Positions 10,595 through 20,392 of a stretch of DNA of 64,000 bases are shown here, one piece after another. Every line of letters begins with the position of its first letter. Within the stretch, counting starts at the first letter, position 1. A program made the translations under genes and the position numbers. Under the pieces are notes generated by a model. The model made no database searches and had not been told where the DNA came from. It was given only the letters and a program-made list of their open reading frames with translations. Where the stretch lies: NCBI GenBank assembly GCA_016839805.1, contig JAEOTO010000015.1, positions 32,001 to 96,000 of the forward strand, in the 5' to 3' direction. Source of the DNA: Candidatus Hermodarchaeota archaeon. Lineage in GTDB: Archaea > Asgardarchaeota > Hermodarchaeia > Hermodarchaeales > Hermodarchaeaceae.

Positions 10595-11404
10595 ATGGTA
10601 TCCTATGCTGGTATGGTAACCAAAACAAAACAAGCGTTATTAGAAATTAGTAAAGCAGAGTACCGCTATCCTGAAGTGATTGAACAAGCCGAGAAAATAG
10701 GTTGGTATGAGGATTTTTCATCTGGTTATAAGGGACTTTACTATTTTGTTCCGATCTCTATTTCTCCGAACTATCAACGGCGATTACGAGTGTCCGCAGT
10801 AGATGTTCCGATGGTTCGAAAAGTGAGTGCAACACTATTTCAATCCCTAAAAGACGACGATATTAGTGACGTTGATACGGTTCTTTCCCTTTGCAATGAA
10901 TTATTGGAGAAGTGGAGTTGGGAGTATCGTACCATTGCCTTCGACTGGTCCTTCCGGGTCCGCAAGCAATTGAAACCACGGCATTTTCCGCTTTTTAAGG
11001 ATTGGACAGAACTCTATCTTTCAACCTGGGGTAGTGTCGACGATTTTTGCACTCACACAATAGGTTACTTCTTTCATGCATTCCCAGAATTCGCATCCCA
11101 AGTAAAAAATTGGGCTACCTCTCAAAATCCATGGATTCTGCGTGCAGCTGCCGTGTCACTAATTTATGGTTTGCGGCGTGGGGTGCATCTTGAGTATATC
11201 TTCGATGTTGCAGATGCCATGTTGTTGGATCCTCGGAAGTATGTCCAAAATGGGTATGGTTGGATGCTCAAGGAAGCAACCAAATTTTACCAAGATCAAG
11301 TCTTCGAATACATTATGCGAAAAAAGGACGTGATGCCGCGTCGGGCTCTCCGTTATGCTATTGAGAAAATGCCGAAAAATCTTAAGGTTCAGGCGATGGC
11401 ATGA
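10595..11404 (+). CDS. AlkD-like HEAT-repeat DNA alkylation repair glycosylase
   Basis: TWGSVDDFC, NPWILRAAAV, YVQNGYGWMLKE and R.ALRYAIEK motifs; ATG at 10595 preferred over TTG at 10565. Confidence 0.82.
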   Translation: MVSYAGMVTKTKQALLEISKAEYRYPEVIEQAEKIGWYEDFSSGYKGLYYFVPISISPNYQRRLRVSAVDVPMVRKVSATLFQSLKDDDISDVDTVLSLCNELLEKWSWEYRTIAFDWSFRVRKQLKPRHFPLFKDWTELYLSTWGSVDDFCTHTIGYFFHAFPEFASQVKNWATSQNPWILRAAAVSLIYGLRRGVHLEYIFDVADAMLLDPRKYVQNGYGWMLKEATKFYQDQVFEYIMRKKDVMPRRALRYAIEKMPKNLKVQAMA

Positions 11405-11468
11405 TTTTTTCCGGAACAGTTAGGCTCTTAATGAACTTCATATTCGCTATCACAAGGGTCATGTTCTG

Positions 11469-11909
11469 ATGAAAGAAAATTATGGATATTGTGGCTATCG
11501 ATGCCATCTGTGTGCAGCCCAGTCACCTGATAAAGACATCCGCCAGAAACTCGTAGATGGCTGGCGAAAATATTTCGGACATCAAGATTACACAGCCGAG
11601 AATGTCCAATGCGATGGTTGTAAGGCCGATGGCAAACTCGCGGATAAAAAATGTAAAGCTCGACCTTGCGCTAAAGAAAAAGGCGTGGAATATTGCATGC
11701 TGTGTGATGAGTTTCCCTGTGATAAAGTGAAACATCTCATGGGCAGCCGTAGTGGCATGCTCCTCTATTGTTTACCCCGCACCTTCGAGGTCTCTGAAGA
11801 CGAGTATAATCTGTGTATGACACAATTCAACAGCATGCCTTTCATTATCAAAACCCTTGTTCAACAAAATAGGGTACCCTCCTGGTGGAACAATACAAAA
11901 AAATCCTAA
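11469..11909 (+). CDS. DUF3795 family Cys-rich protein
   Basis: YCGYRCHLC...CDGC...C..RPC...YCMLCDEFPC pattern. Confidence 0.8.
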   Translation: MKENYGYCGYRCHLCAAQSPDKDIRQKLVDGWRKYFGHQDYTAENVQCDGCKADGKLADKKCKARPCAKEKGVEYCMLCDEFPCDKVKHLMGSRSGMLLYCLPRTFEVSEDEYNLCMTQFNSMPFIIKTLVQQNRVPSWWNNTKKS

Positions 11910-11958
11910 GCCAAATGAATGGTAGAATCGCACTAGCAAAATTACCAAAATACTGGGA

Positions 11959-13218
11959 TTAAGAGGCTAATTTAGTTTTTAATTGAGCCGGCTTTGCTCT
12001 TTCAATCTGAATCCTATCAAGATCATGAAATCTCATAAATCGTACCAATTCCTGTTTAATTGGATCGATAGTTTCTGAAATTATTTTTCGAGGAAGATTG
12101 ATTTCCATGTTACGAAGAATCAGAGTCCCTGTCGCTCGATCTGCCTTGGGATCTATTCGCCCAATGAGATTATGTTGCCATAGAATGGGAGTGACATAAT
12201 ACCCGAATTTTCGATTCGCAGAGGGCGTATAGGCTTCAAGTTTTATTTTAACATTAAAAAGACGTTCAACTCGGGCTCTGTTCCAAACAACATTGTCAAA
12301 TGGATTGAGAAACCATGCACGTGAAGCCGAATCACGGCGGTCTTGTACTTCGTGAAGAAAGGGCATTTGTCGAGTGAGTATATAATACTGGCTTTTAGCG
12401 TTGTGAACCGAGATTTTCGTCACCACATCCTCTTGTTCTAAAATGTCAAGATGCCTTTCCATGGTCTTGGTGCGATTTCCTATGATATCTAACGCGAAAT
12501 TCCCACAGGTTATGTACTCACACAAGCCCTGGGCCGTGCTAGCAACCAAACAATCCAGGTTGCGTTCCATGAAGTGCCGCCAAACCTGGTCTTTATCTAC
12601 ATATCCCTCGAAGTATTTACTTGGGATGACGCGTTCGGATAGGTCATAGACTCGTTGGAAATTTTTTCGTTCAGTGACCGCAAGACGACCGGTTTGCCAA
12701 AGTAGATCTAGTGCCTGTTTTGCTGGTTTCCAGTCCCAGAATCCTCCCCGTTTTTTCCCGCTAGGGTCTTCAAAATCCTTACTACTCAACGGACCTTCAT
12801 TTCGAATTCGTGCTTCAACGGTGTCCATGTGGTCTTTGTACTTGTGGAGTTGGTTCTTCTCCCAGTTATTAATTGGAAACCGCTTCATGCGATAGCGATA
12901 GAAAGGATACTCTTCGATGGGTACGAAGCAGCAGGCATGAGCAAAGTGCTCGAATACCTGACGGTTTCGAAGTGCATCCCAGATGTGGTCAGGATGATAG
13001 TTCTGCACACGGTTTCGAAGTGTTAAATGATGACTCCTTGCAACTACAGAAATCGTATCAATCTGAACGGCTGCAAGTTGCTGGATGGCATTTTGGACAC
13101 TATACCATGGAGGCGCATCATCTAAGCCCTGACGTATAATGAAAGCTGCTCGAAGCAATGATGTATCGAAATAATCCACAAAACCACATCTAATCTGCTC
13201 AGAAAGGAGCCATCTCAT
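11959..13218 (-). CDS. AlkZ/YcaQ-like (HTH_42) interstrand-crosslink DNA glycosylase
   Basis: VQIDTISVVARSH (QxD type), WDWKPAK..L..LW..G, PFDN.VW.R, EAYTP...R.FGYY and GRIDPKADR motifs. Confidence 0.88.
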   Translation of the reverse strand: MRWLLSEQIRCGFVDYFDTSLLRAAFIIRQGLDDAPPWYSVQNAIQQLAAVQIDTISVVARSHHLTLRNRVQNYHPDHIWDALRNRQVFEHFAHACCFVPIEEYPFYRYRMKRFPINNWEKNQLHKYKDHMDTVEARIRNEGPLSSKDFEDPSGKKRGGFWDWKPAKQALDLLWQTGRLAVTERKNFQRVYDLSERVIPSKYFEGYVDKDQVWRHFMERNLDCLVASTAQGLCEYITCGNFALDIIGNRTKTMERHLDILEQEDVVTKISVHNAKSQYYILTRQMPFLHEVQDRRDSASRAWFLNPFDNVVWNRARVERLFNVKIKLEAYTPSANRKFGYYVTPILWQHNLIGRIDPKADRATGTLILRNMEINLPRKIISETIDPIKQELVRFMRFHDLDRIQIERAKPAQLKTKLAS

Positions 13219-13351
13219 AATCTGGAATTTTCCTCATCTGCTCGAATAGGGTTCTCGTTGTAACCTAAATAAGTTCAACTCTTAAAAAGGTCGTTTGATA
13301 TTTCTCGTTGTGGAACTTCAGAGTTAATAATAAACATTTTTAAAAATCATG

Positions 13352-14152
13352 TTAGAATTTTGCGAAACCAAGCATTTGTGGGACTAGCTCATCTAACATC
13401 GGATCAAGATTGGGACCCTTTGGGCTCCGTGTCTCATGATATAGCATCTCCAGTTGTTCTGCGAGTGATTGTGCGGCTTTTCTGGTTACTTGACGACGAC
13501 CAGATTGACTCGGTTTATAACCTATAAGGCCCGCTGGAATATCGTTATTGATGTCTTGCACTACTCCAAGAAGTGAAGGGATTTGATCTAAAGCTTGTTT
13601 CTTGCGGACATCGTAGAAGAAAAGTGCCCCATGAGCTCCACGATAGTGAGTGAGAAAATAGGGAATATATGGTGGGAGGATACTCCACGCTAATACTCGA
13701 ATCTGATATTCGAGACGCTCATAATCCCGAAAGGCTAAATTGAATCCCAAGGTGGCTCGATAATCCGTAGGACTTGGTTCGAATCCTGAACGTTCCAAGA
13801 GTTGAGTTAGATCTAAGTCCTTTTCCGCGATTAATAAGAGTTTTAACCCATATCTTTGACGAGACAAATCACCCACTAATGCACGTTGCGTAGTAAAGGT
13901 GTAGCCACCAGGGAGAATCTCTTTGTCCTTCAACCATTCATGGAACTGGTTCGCCAATTCAGCTTCTTTAAGTTTAATGGGGTCTTTTGGATCCACCGGA
14001 ACTCTTGGTGGTTCTTGGGAACCATCCTCTTCATCGATAATACGGATTCTCATATCAAACCGGGTCAATTGAGTGTGACATTTCGGACACTGTCCTCGTT
14101 CATCGGGATCTACCGAATGACCACAACTCCAACACTTTTCTGAAATAATCAC
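13352..14152 (-). CDS. Zn-ribbon fused to Rab-like small-GTPase fold with degenerate G boxes
   Basis: CWSC..CPKC; colinear with Rab over KLLLI, YRATLG, HYRGAHG..FFYDV, RQVT and HET; G1, G3, G4 and G5 non-canonical. Confidence 0.75.
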   Translation of the reverse strand: MIISEKCWSCGHSVDPDERGQCPKCHTQLTRFDMRIRIIDEEDGSQEPPRVPVDPKDPIKLKEAELANQFHEWLKDKEILPGGYTFTTQRALVGDLSRQRYGLKLLLIAEKDLDLTQLLERSGFEPSPTDYRATLGFNLAFRDYERLEYQIRVLAWSILPPYIPYFLTHYRGAHGALFFYDVRKKQALDQIPSLLGVVQDINNDIPAGLIGYKPSQSGRRQVTRKAAQSLAEQLEMLYHETRSPKGPNLDPMLDELVPQMLGFAKF

Positions 14153-14180
14153 TCGCCCCTATTCTTCAGATATTAGATGC

Positions 14181-14396
14181 TTATTTCTCTGTTGTGCATT
14201 GGCCTAATTTCTCGAATTCATCTTTCAATTCTTTACCAATACTCCAAGCTTGTGCAAATTTATCGCCGACCTGCCAGTAACTCAACTTTGGAGCATGACT
14301 CGCTTCTGTTACGCTACAAGGAAACGCTCCTACATAATCCCGAAGTCCTAGGTATTTGGGTCCCAATTCGTTCTCCATAGAAAAATTCACTTTCAT
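14181..14396 (-). CDS. Small hypothetical protein or gene fragment
   Basis: 71-aa ORF in operon position between the radical SAM and GTPase-like genes; no recognised motif. Confidence 0.35.
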   Translation of the reverse strand: MKVNFSMENELGPKYLGLRDYVGAFPCSVTEASHAPKLSYWQVGDKFAQAWSIGKELKDEFEKLGQCTTEK

Positions 14397-14401
14397 TATT
14401 A

Positions 14402-15691
14402 TTATTGATTTTTTAGGTGTTCTCCTAATGTATTAAGCTCTTCTTGGGTTCGAGTCAATCCATCAAATGTACCATACTTCAGTATGTCATTAATGGCTCT
14501 AGCCATTTTGGAATTTATGCCAAGTCGGTCTTCTAGGAGTCCACGATTGGAGAGTTCCTTTACGTCCTCAACGCCTTTTTCAATTTTGATGGCAAAATCT
14601 TGGTAGGGTTTCCACATATTTTTGGGTTTTCCAAGAAGAATCTGACGATAGTAGACGAGGTCAAGGAGCCGGTTAATCGCCTGAACATTGGCTTCAGGTT
14701 CACCGGGTGGCATATGCCGGACTGAACGATCCGAAATCCCCACTTTTTGACACACAATTCGACCTTGCAGACCTGGGTGGACTGGTAAGAGATTGAAAAT
14801 GGGATGACCATAGGTGTGATTATTTGCATAGATCTTTTGCAAATCATCATACATTTGGGGAACTTGACGACGTACCACATTGAAGAAATAGTCCTTTTGG
14901 CGTCCAGGTTTTAGTGTCATTCCCCCAAAGAGAATAAACTCCGCTCCTGCTTTTTTCGCTTCATTCGCCAGCCCATGCATATTATCAACACTATCACCCA
15001 CAGTCGGGATTATTGGATAAGCCATCACTCCGCCAAACAAACCAGCTTTTCGAATCTGTTTCAACGCATCGAAACGTTCCCATGTCGTCGAAGATTTGGG
15101 CTCAAAAATTGACTTCATTTTCTCTTCGTACAACGTGATGCTGAAGCAAACACTGACAAAAGCTTGTTCATGGATTTCTTTCAATAAGTCAAGATCTCGC
15201 AATACGAGATTCGACTTGGTCAAAATGAACACCGGCAGACGGAAATCATGAAGCGTTTCAAGGACCTGTCGAGTGACTCGATATTTCACTTCAGCTTGCT
15301 GATACGCATCCGAAACGCCACCTGAGACACCAACAATTATTTTTCGGGGTCCTTTATCCAGCACTTTAGATTTGTCTTGCTCGCTTAGGAACCGGACGAG
15401 GGTATCTGACTGCATCTTACGCTGTGACTGGAACCGAGCTCGTTCTAGTTCCCGACGCAAGACCTTCGACGCATTTTCCTTGACACGGATATGGGTATAG
15501 AAATTATCAATGCGGTAATATTGGCAATGCCCATCACAGTAAACACAACCATGTTCACAACCGCGATATGAGTTCATGGACCGGTTGCTATGGAACCAGG
15601 CATCACCATAAATGGGTTTGGATAAGAGGGTCTTAGCTTGAATACTTTCATACCGCATAGTAGAATCACATTTCGACTTTCTATTGCTCAT
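14402..15691 (-). CDS. Radical SAM protein, SplB/Rv2578c-like (DNA-repair-associated group)
   Basis: N.YRGCEHGCVYC (CxxxCxxC), SDAYQ..E, ILTKS.LVLRDLD and FEP motifs. Confidence 0.85.
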   Translation of the reverse strand: MSNRKSKCDSTMRYESIQAKTLLSKPIYGDAWFHSNRSMNSYRGCEHGCVYCDGHCQYYRIDNFYTHIRVKENASKVLRRELERARFQSQRKMQSDTLVRFLSEQDKSKVLDKGPRKIIVGVSGGVSDAYQQAEVKYRVTRQVLETLHDFRLPVFILTKSNLVLRDLDLLKEIHEQAFVSVCFSITLYEEKMKSIFEPKSSTTWERFDALKQIRKAGLFGGVMAYPIIPTVGDSVDNMHGLANEAKKAGAEFILFGGMTLKPGRQKDYFFNVVRRQVPQMYDDLQKIYANNHTYGHPIFNLLPVHPGLQGRIVCQKVGISDRSVRHMPPGEPEANVQAINRLLDLVYYRQILLGKPKNMWKPYQDFAIKIEKGVEDVKELSNRGLLEDRLGINSKMARAINDILKYGTFDGLTRTQEELNTLGEHLKNQ

Positions 15692-15779
15692 TATAATGAG
15701 CCTTTAAGCTTGCGATTTTACGGTTCTTCGCTTACCTATGATATTGCCTCTTCATTATGAGAGGACTTGAGTGGGGGGT

Positions 15780-16148
15780 TTAGGCGTGGTGATGACCGTT
15801 GATTTGTTGAATGACTTGGAAGATAAACACGCCAAAGTTACTACTGTTGCGAATGCGTTTCTTCATATAGTCGCGGAGAATGTGTTTGTCCATTCCGACA
15901 TCACATTGACTGAGGACCACTACTTCGGTGAGCAGGTCTAAGAGGAGGCGTTGTTCACGCCGTGTGAGGGCGGGTCCAAGCTTATCGAGGATAAAGAATG
16001 CATCCTGGAATTCGAGAGGACCAATACTAGACAGTTCTGTTAATGCGGAGAGGGTACGACCAGCCAAGTAGTCCTTCCCGATTTCGAGAAGGCGATCATT
16101 TAATTTTCCATCCTTTCCCACGGATTTCTTGGTTTTACTTATTGACAT
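15780..16148 (-). CDS. Hypothetical protein
   Basis: 122-aa helical ORF 6 nt downstream of the HTH regulator. Confidence 0.6.
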   Translation of the reverse strand: MSISKTKKSVGKDGKLNDRLLEIGKDYLAGRTLSALTELSSIGPLEFQDAFFILDKLGPALTRREQRLLLDLLTEVVVLSQCDVGMDKHILRDYMKKRIRNSSNFGVFIFQVIQQINGHHHA

Positions 16149-16154
16149 GATTGT

Positions 16155-16817
16155 TTACTCCTTTCTCTCCTCAATGAGAACACGAAAACCGTGAGTCATC
16201 GGCTCTGGCATTTCTACAATTCGAACCCGAATCCCGTCAAGTATGCGGGCGAGTCGTTTCCAGAATTCTTGTTGAAACCGTATTGCTTGTTCTTCAGGAA
16301 TGACGCGGAATGCTGGTTGAAAGACATCGTTGTGAATTCTAATTGCATACTGGTTATCAACGAGCTCGAATGATGCGTAAAATCCAAAATTATCAAGAGC
16401 TTCCACTATGGTGCTAATTTGTTCTTGGAGGTTTCCACTTGGTTTATCAGGGAGAATCTGTTGCCATAAACTCGCCACAACTTGGCGAATGAGAGAATTG
16501 GTCGTTTTCACATCGAATGATCGGGCTATCGCCTCTACTAGTGCGGAGAGGACTTGCCCTGTTTTCACTGGAAAGAGACTGTTGGCTAGCAGTGTTAAGC
16601 TGTAGATACGTTTGGGACGACCACGCTTGGCTTGTTCGAAGGATGAGGAGACGAGTCCAGCGATTTCCAAAACGTCCAGATGACCTCGAATAGCACTGAT
16701 GTTGATATCCAGATTCTCTGCGAGGGTGACAGCATTAGCATCTGTTCTTAGCAAGTACTCGAGAATGACTCGCCGTGTACCGGTCATAAGTGGGGAGAGC
16801 TTGCTAGGTGACGTCAA
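16155..16817 (-). CDS. ArsR-like wHTH transcriptional regulator (COG2345-type)
   Basis: TRR.IL..L, LA..L.I...AIR.HL..LE..GLV and RGRPKRIYSLT motifs. Confidence 0.8.
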   Translation of the reverse strand: MTSPSKLSPLMTGTRRVILEYLLRTDANAVTLAENLDINISAIRGHLDVLEIAGLVSSSFEQAKRGRPKRIYSLTLLANSLFPVKTGQVLSALVEAIARSFDVKTTNSLIRQVVASLWQQILPDKPSGNLQEQISTIVEALDNFGFYASFELVDNQYAIRIHNDVFQPAFRVIPEEQAIRFQQEFWKRLARILDGIRVRIVEMPEPMTHGFRVLIEERKE

Positions 16818-16924
16818 GGTGCTGAACCTTAGGGCTTCCTATGTACGCTCCCTATTTAAAACATTATAAGTGATATTTAGTGACTATAATATGAACGCTA
16901 GACCGGCTCTCAGTTGAAATAAGA

Positions 16925-16957
16925 AAAAGGATGGTGTAGTAAAATGTTAACTACACC
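16925..16957 (-). terminator. Hairpin + U-tract terminator-like element after ABC permease
   Basis: GGTGTAGT (16933-40)/ACTACACC (16950-57); minus-strand RNA continues AUCCUUUUU. Confidence 0.6.
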
Positions 16958-16986
16958 GCGCCTTGAATTTCGGTGATTTTGTAAAT

Positions 16987-18261
16987 TTATTCGTAGCGTA
17001 AGGCTTTGACTGGGTCGAGTTTGGCGGCTTTTCGTGCAGGATAAATTGCGAAGATGACGCTAATGAGAACTGCAAAACAAATTGCGATAAAAATGGTTTC
17101 CAAGGGTAGAACGGGAACCAGCGTGAAGTTGCTGCTCCCACCAAATCCTCCAAATCCATTTCCGTCACCACCGACGAATCCGCCTGTCATTCCTCCGCTG
17201 AAGAGTAATGGCAGTGCTAAACCCATTCCATAGGCAAGTACCCAACCGATGATAATGCCAAAGATTCCTCCTATAATTCCAAGTAGAACAGCCTCAGAAA
17301 GAAATTGACTTAGGATGGTTCGGTCTTTTGCACCCAATGCTTTCATGATACCAATTTCTCGTGTCCGTTCCATGACTGACACTAACATGATATTCAGAAT
17401 GGAAATTCCCGCCACGAGTAAGGCAATTGAAGCTATAGCCAACAGAAAGACCTCCATGATATCAAATACACCCATGACTGTGTTAATGATGGCTGTTGGT
17501 ACAATCACCAAAACTTGATCTTCAAACGCAGTGCTTATTTCTTCAGCGATGGCATCTGCTTGAGTTGGATCTGCGATTCGAGCGAGAATCATATCGATGC
17601 TTTCAGAATTGAAGAGAGTCTGATAGGTATCTAAGGGAATAAAAACGGATCGATCAAAGGGTAACATCCCTGATGATCCTACTTCTTCGAGGACGCCACT
17701 TACAATGAAGGAAACGTTCACATAGACAAAGGTAAAACCAACACGGACTAGAATCTCGGTTGTGACATTGTCACCAACCGCAGCAATTGGGTCTTCAAGA
17801 TAGCCAATTATGCATGAATCATTGGACCCTGAATCCGGGAACCCGCCGTCTGCAAATCGTAATCGGTGTCCATAGGTTGCTTCAAGGTCTGTGAAATTAA
17901 GACCCACAATTCGGGTATCAAGTGTTCCGTCAGTTTCGTTGTATACGGTGGTTCCAGATTGTGAAAAGCCTAAGGTTGCTTCAACGCCCGTGATGTTCTG
18001 AATGACTACAGTATCGTTCATGTGAAGAGTGGTTAATCCGCCTCCACCAAGAATACCGCCGCCTGGTAAGACAGTTAGGATATCCATGTCAAGGCCTTGG
18101 GTAAGTTGATCAGTTATCTGGGCTTCAAAGCCTCCACTTAGCGCTGAGATCGAAACTACGGCCATTATGCCAACTACGATGCCTAGCGTGGTTAGTGCAG
18201 TGCGGGTTTTTCGACGCCGCATATTTGTCCATGATAGTCCTAGAATATTTCTGAATTTCAT
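16987..18261 (-). CDS. ABC transporter permease, MacB/FtsX family
   Basis: RTALT.LGIVVG, MLVSVMERTREIGIMKALGA and YPARKAAKLDPV.ALRYE motifs. Confidence 0.92.
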   Translation of the reverse strand: MKFRNILGLSWTNMRRRKTRTALTTLGIVVGIMAVVSISALSGGFEAQITDQLTQGLDMDILTVLPGGGILGGGGLTTLHMNDTVVIQNITGVEATLGFSQSGTTVYNETDGTLDTRIVGLNFTDLEATYGHRLRFADGGFPDSGSNDSCIIGYLEDPIAAVGDNVTTEILVRVGFTFVYVNVSFIVSGVLEEVGSSGMLPFDRSVFIPLDTYQTLFNSESIDMILARIADPTQADAIAEEISTAFEDQVLVIVPTAIINTVMGVFDIMEVFLLAIASIALLVAGISILNIMLVSVMERTREIGIMKALGAKDRTILSQFLSEAVLLGIIGGIFGIIIGWVLAYGMGLALPLLFSGGMTGGFVGGDGNGFGGFGGSSNFTLVPVLPLETIFIAICFAVLISVIFAIYPARKAAKLDPVKALRYE

Positions 18262-19046
18262 TGGACCAACTCCTCTCCTCCACCTTCTCGTTCACTTACA
18301 AATTCACCATCACGCATCTCAATGACGCGATCTGCTACGGTGGTGAGTCGGCGGTCATGACCGACTACGATGAATGTGAGCCCTTGGGTTTGATTGAGGT
18401 TACGAAGCAGCTGAATGATTTCAGCTCCTGTCTTGGTATCCAGATTGCCAGTGGGCTCATCTGCTAGAATAATTCGTGGATTGTTTGCCAGCGCTCGAGC
18501 AATAGCAACCCGTTGTTGTTCGCCACCACTTAGTTCGGAGGGTACATGGGTACGACGTTCACCGAGACCTACTCGCGTTAGTAATTCGCGTGCACGACCA
18601 TGGGCGTTTTCTGCTGGGACATCTGCAAACTTCAATGGTAATTCGACGTTTCCTTGGGCTGTGAGTTGAGGCATTAGGTTGAAGAACTGGAAGACAAAAC
18701 CTACGCGTCGTAATCGGACATCAGCTAACTGATTATGGTCTAAGGTGGATAGGTCTAATCCCTCGACATATGCCTTGCCTTCGGTTGGTTGGTCTAATGC
18801 ACCTAATAGGTGAAGCAGGGTTGATTTTCCACTGCCTGAAACACCTAATATTACTAGAAATTCACCGCGGCGAACTTGAAGGTCTACACCGCGAACTGCA
18901 TGAACCTCCACGCTACCCATTTGGTAAGTTTTTGATAGCTTTGAGGCTTCGATAATGAATTCTGATGTGCGGGATTGATAATCAAATAGTGAAGTTAATG
19001 TATCTTCGCTTTGGATGGGTTGTTCTCCGGTCATAGAATCCACCAT
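18258..19046 (-). CDS. ABC transporter ATP-binding protein, LolD/MacB type
   Basis: [23 protein letters not shown] and [11 protein letters not shown] motifs. Confidence 0.93.
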   Translation of the reverse strand: MVDSMTGEQPIQSEDTLTSLFDYQSRTSEFIIEASKLSKTYQMGSVEVHAVRGVDLQVRRGEFLVILGVSGSGKSTLLHLLGALDQPTEGKAYVEGLDLSTLDHNQLADVRLRRVGFVFQFFNLMPQLTAQGNVELPLKFADVPAENAHGRARELLTRVGLGERRTHVPSELSGGEQQRVAIARALANNPRIILADEPTGNLDTKTGAEIIQLLRNLNQTQGLTFIVVGHDRRLTTVADRVIEMRDGEFVSEREGGGEELVQ

Positions 19047-19139
19047 ATTTATTTTTTGGGAGTTACTTCGCTTTTTTTATGACTCTAAAAGACATGAAAT
19101 TAACAAACATATATAAGCTTTAGGAATTCCTTATTTGTT

Positions 19140-19625
19140 ATGGCATTTCCCCCGTTCTACCAACGACCTAAAGGCGTACTCCTGCGCATATCAATTCTTT
19201 GGATGCTCTATGAGGAACCCATGCATGGCTACCAACTCATGAAACGCATTGAGGAACAGACAGGCGGAGCCTGGGTACCATCTCACTCACTTCTCTATAA
19301 TACGCTTGGGGATCTTGAAAAGCAAGGTCTCATCACCAGTCAAAAGGATTACAAAGGCGAAGTGGAACGAACTATCTACACTGTCACAGATAATGGAAAA
19401 GCCCATTTTGATGAAGAAGTAAGACAGATTGTTCGAATGTTTTCCCAAATGATGGGTGCCGCTGCTAAACAACCCTTTCCGCGCATGCCACGAATTTTTC
19501 TAGAACATTTGGATAATGAAGAACGTAAGACTCTTCTCATCCAAGTTCGGGATCGCTTGAAAGAGGCCCTTAGTGAAGTGGAAAAGGATCTTGCGGAACT
19601 AAGAGAAACGAATGAAATTACTTAG
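19140..19625 (+). CDS. PadR-family transcriptional regulator
   Basis: EPMHGYQLM, W.PS...LY..L..LE..GLI and YTVT..G motifs; divergent from the ABC operon. Confidence 0.9.
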   Translation: MAFPPFYQRPKGVLLRISILWMLYEEPMHGYQLMKRIEEQTGGAWVPSHSLLYNTLGDLEKQGLITSQKDYKGEVERTIYTVTDNGKAHFDEEVRQIVRMFSQMMGAAAKQPFPRMPRIFLEHLDNEERKTLLIQVRDRLKEALSEVEKDLAELRETNEIT

Positions 19626-19668
19626 GATTTTAATAGCCCCACTTCCCCTTACAATTTGAGTGGTTTAA

Positions 19669-20328
19669 TTGACTGTTAAAATCAAATGGTTAGATCATGC
19701 CAGTTTCCAGATTCGATCCGAATCGAGCGTTATCTATGTTGATCTCGCAGAGGAAGCTGAACCCGCTGAAAATGCAGACATTATCCTCGTTAGCCACATT
19801 CATGGAGATCATTGCGATCCTAAAATCATTAAGAAGGCTCGAAAAGAGGACACAGTTGTTATTGCTCCTGCTAATTGTTCATCGAAAATTGGTGGCGCGG
19901 TGACTTCATTGAAACCTGGAGAAAAAACAACTGTTAGTGACGTAACTGTCAAGGCCGTGGAAGCCTATAATTTCAAACGGTTTCGTTCCCCAGGTAATCC
20001 GTTCCATCCCAAAGGATTAGGAGTAGGTTACATCATTACACTGGAGGGCAAAACTATCTACCATGCAGGAGACACGGATTTCATCGAAGAAATGAAACAA
20101 CTCGGTCCCATTGATGTTGCATTGTTACCTATAGGTGGTAAATACACAATGGAGGTTGAGGACGGTGCAGAAGCAGCGATTGCGATTAATCCGAAAGTGG
20201 TGATTCCTCATCATCACTGGGAGGGAAAATTCGGACAGACGCCTGACGCATTCAAAAAGAGGGTCGAAGCTACTTCTGATGTCAGTGTAGTCGTGCTTGC
20301 GCAGAATGGCGAATTTCAACTCTCCTAA
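19669..20328 (+). CDS. MBL-fold metallo-hydrolase (UPF0173-like)
   Basis: SHIHGDH, YHAGDT and LPIGG.YTM motifs; TTG start. Confidence 0.88.
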   Translation: MTVKIKWLDHASFQIRSESSVIYVDLAEEAEPAENADIILVSHIHGDHCDPKIIKKARKEDTVVIAPANCSSKIGGAVTSLKPGEKTTVSDVTVKAVEAYNFKRFRSPGNPFHPKGLGVGYIITLEGKTIYHAGDTDFIEEMKQLGPIDVALLPIGGKYTMEVEDGAEAAIAINPKVVIPHHHWEGKFGQTPDAFKKRVEATSDVSVVVLAQNGEFQLS

Positions 20329-20392
20329 ATGTCAAGAATAATAATTCATCCATAAGAGATACTAGCTCAGTTATTGTGCGATGAGATAGATT

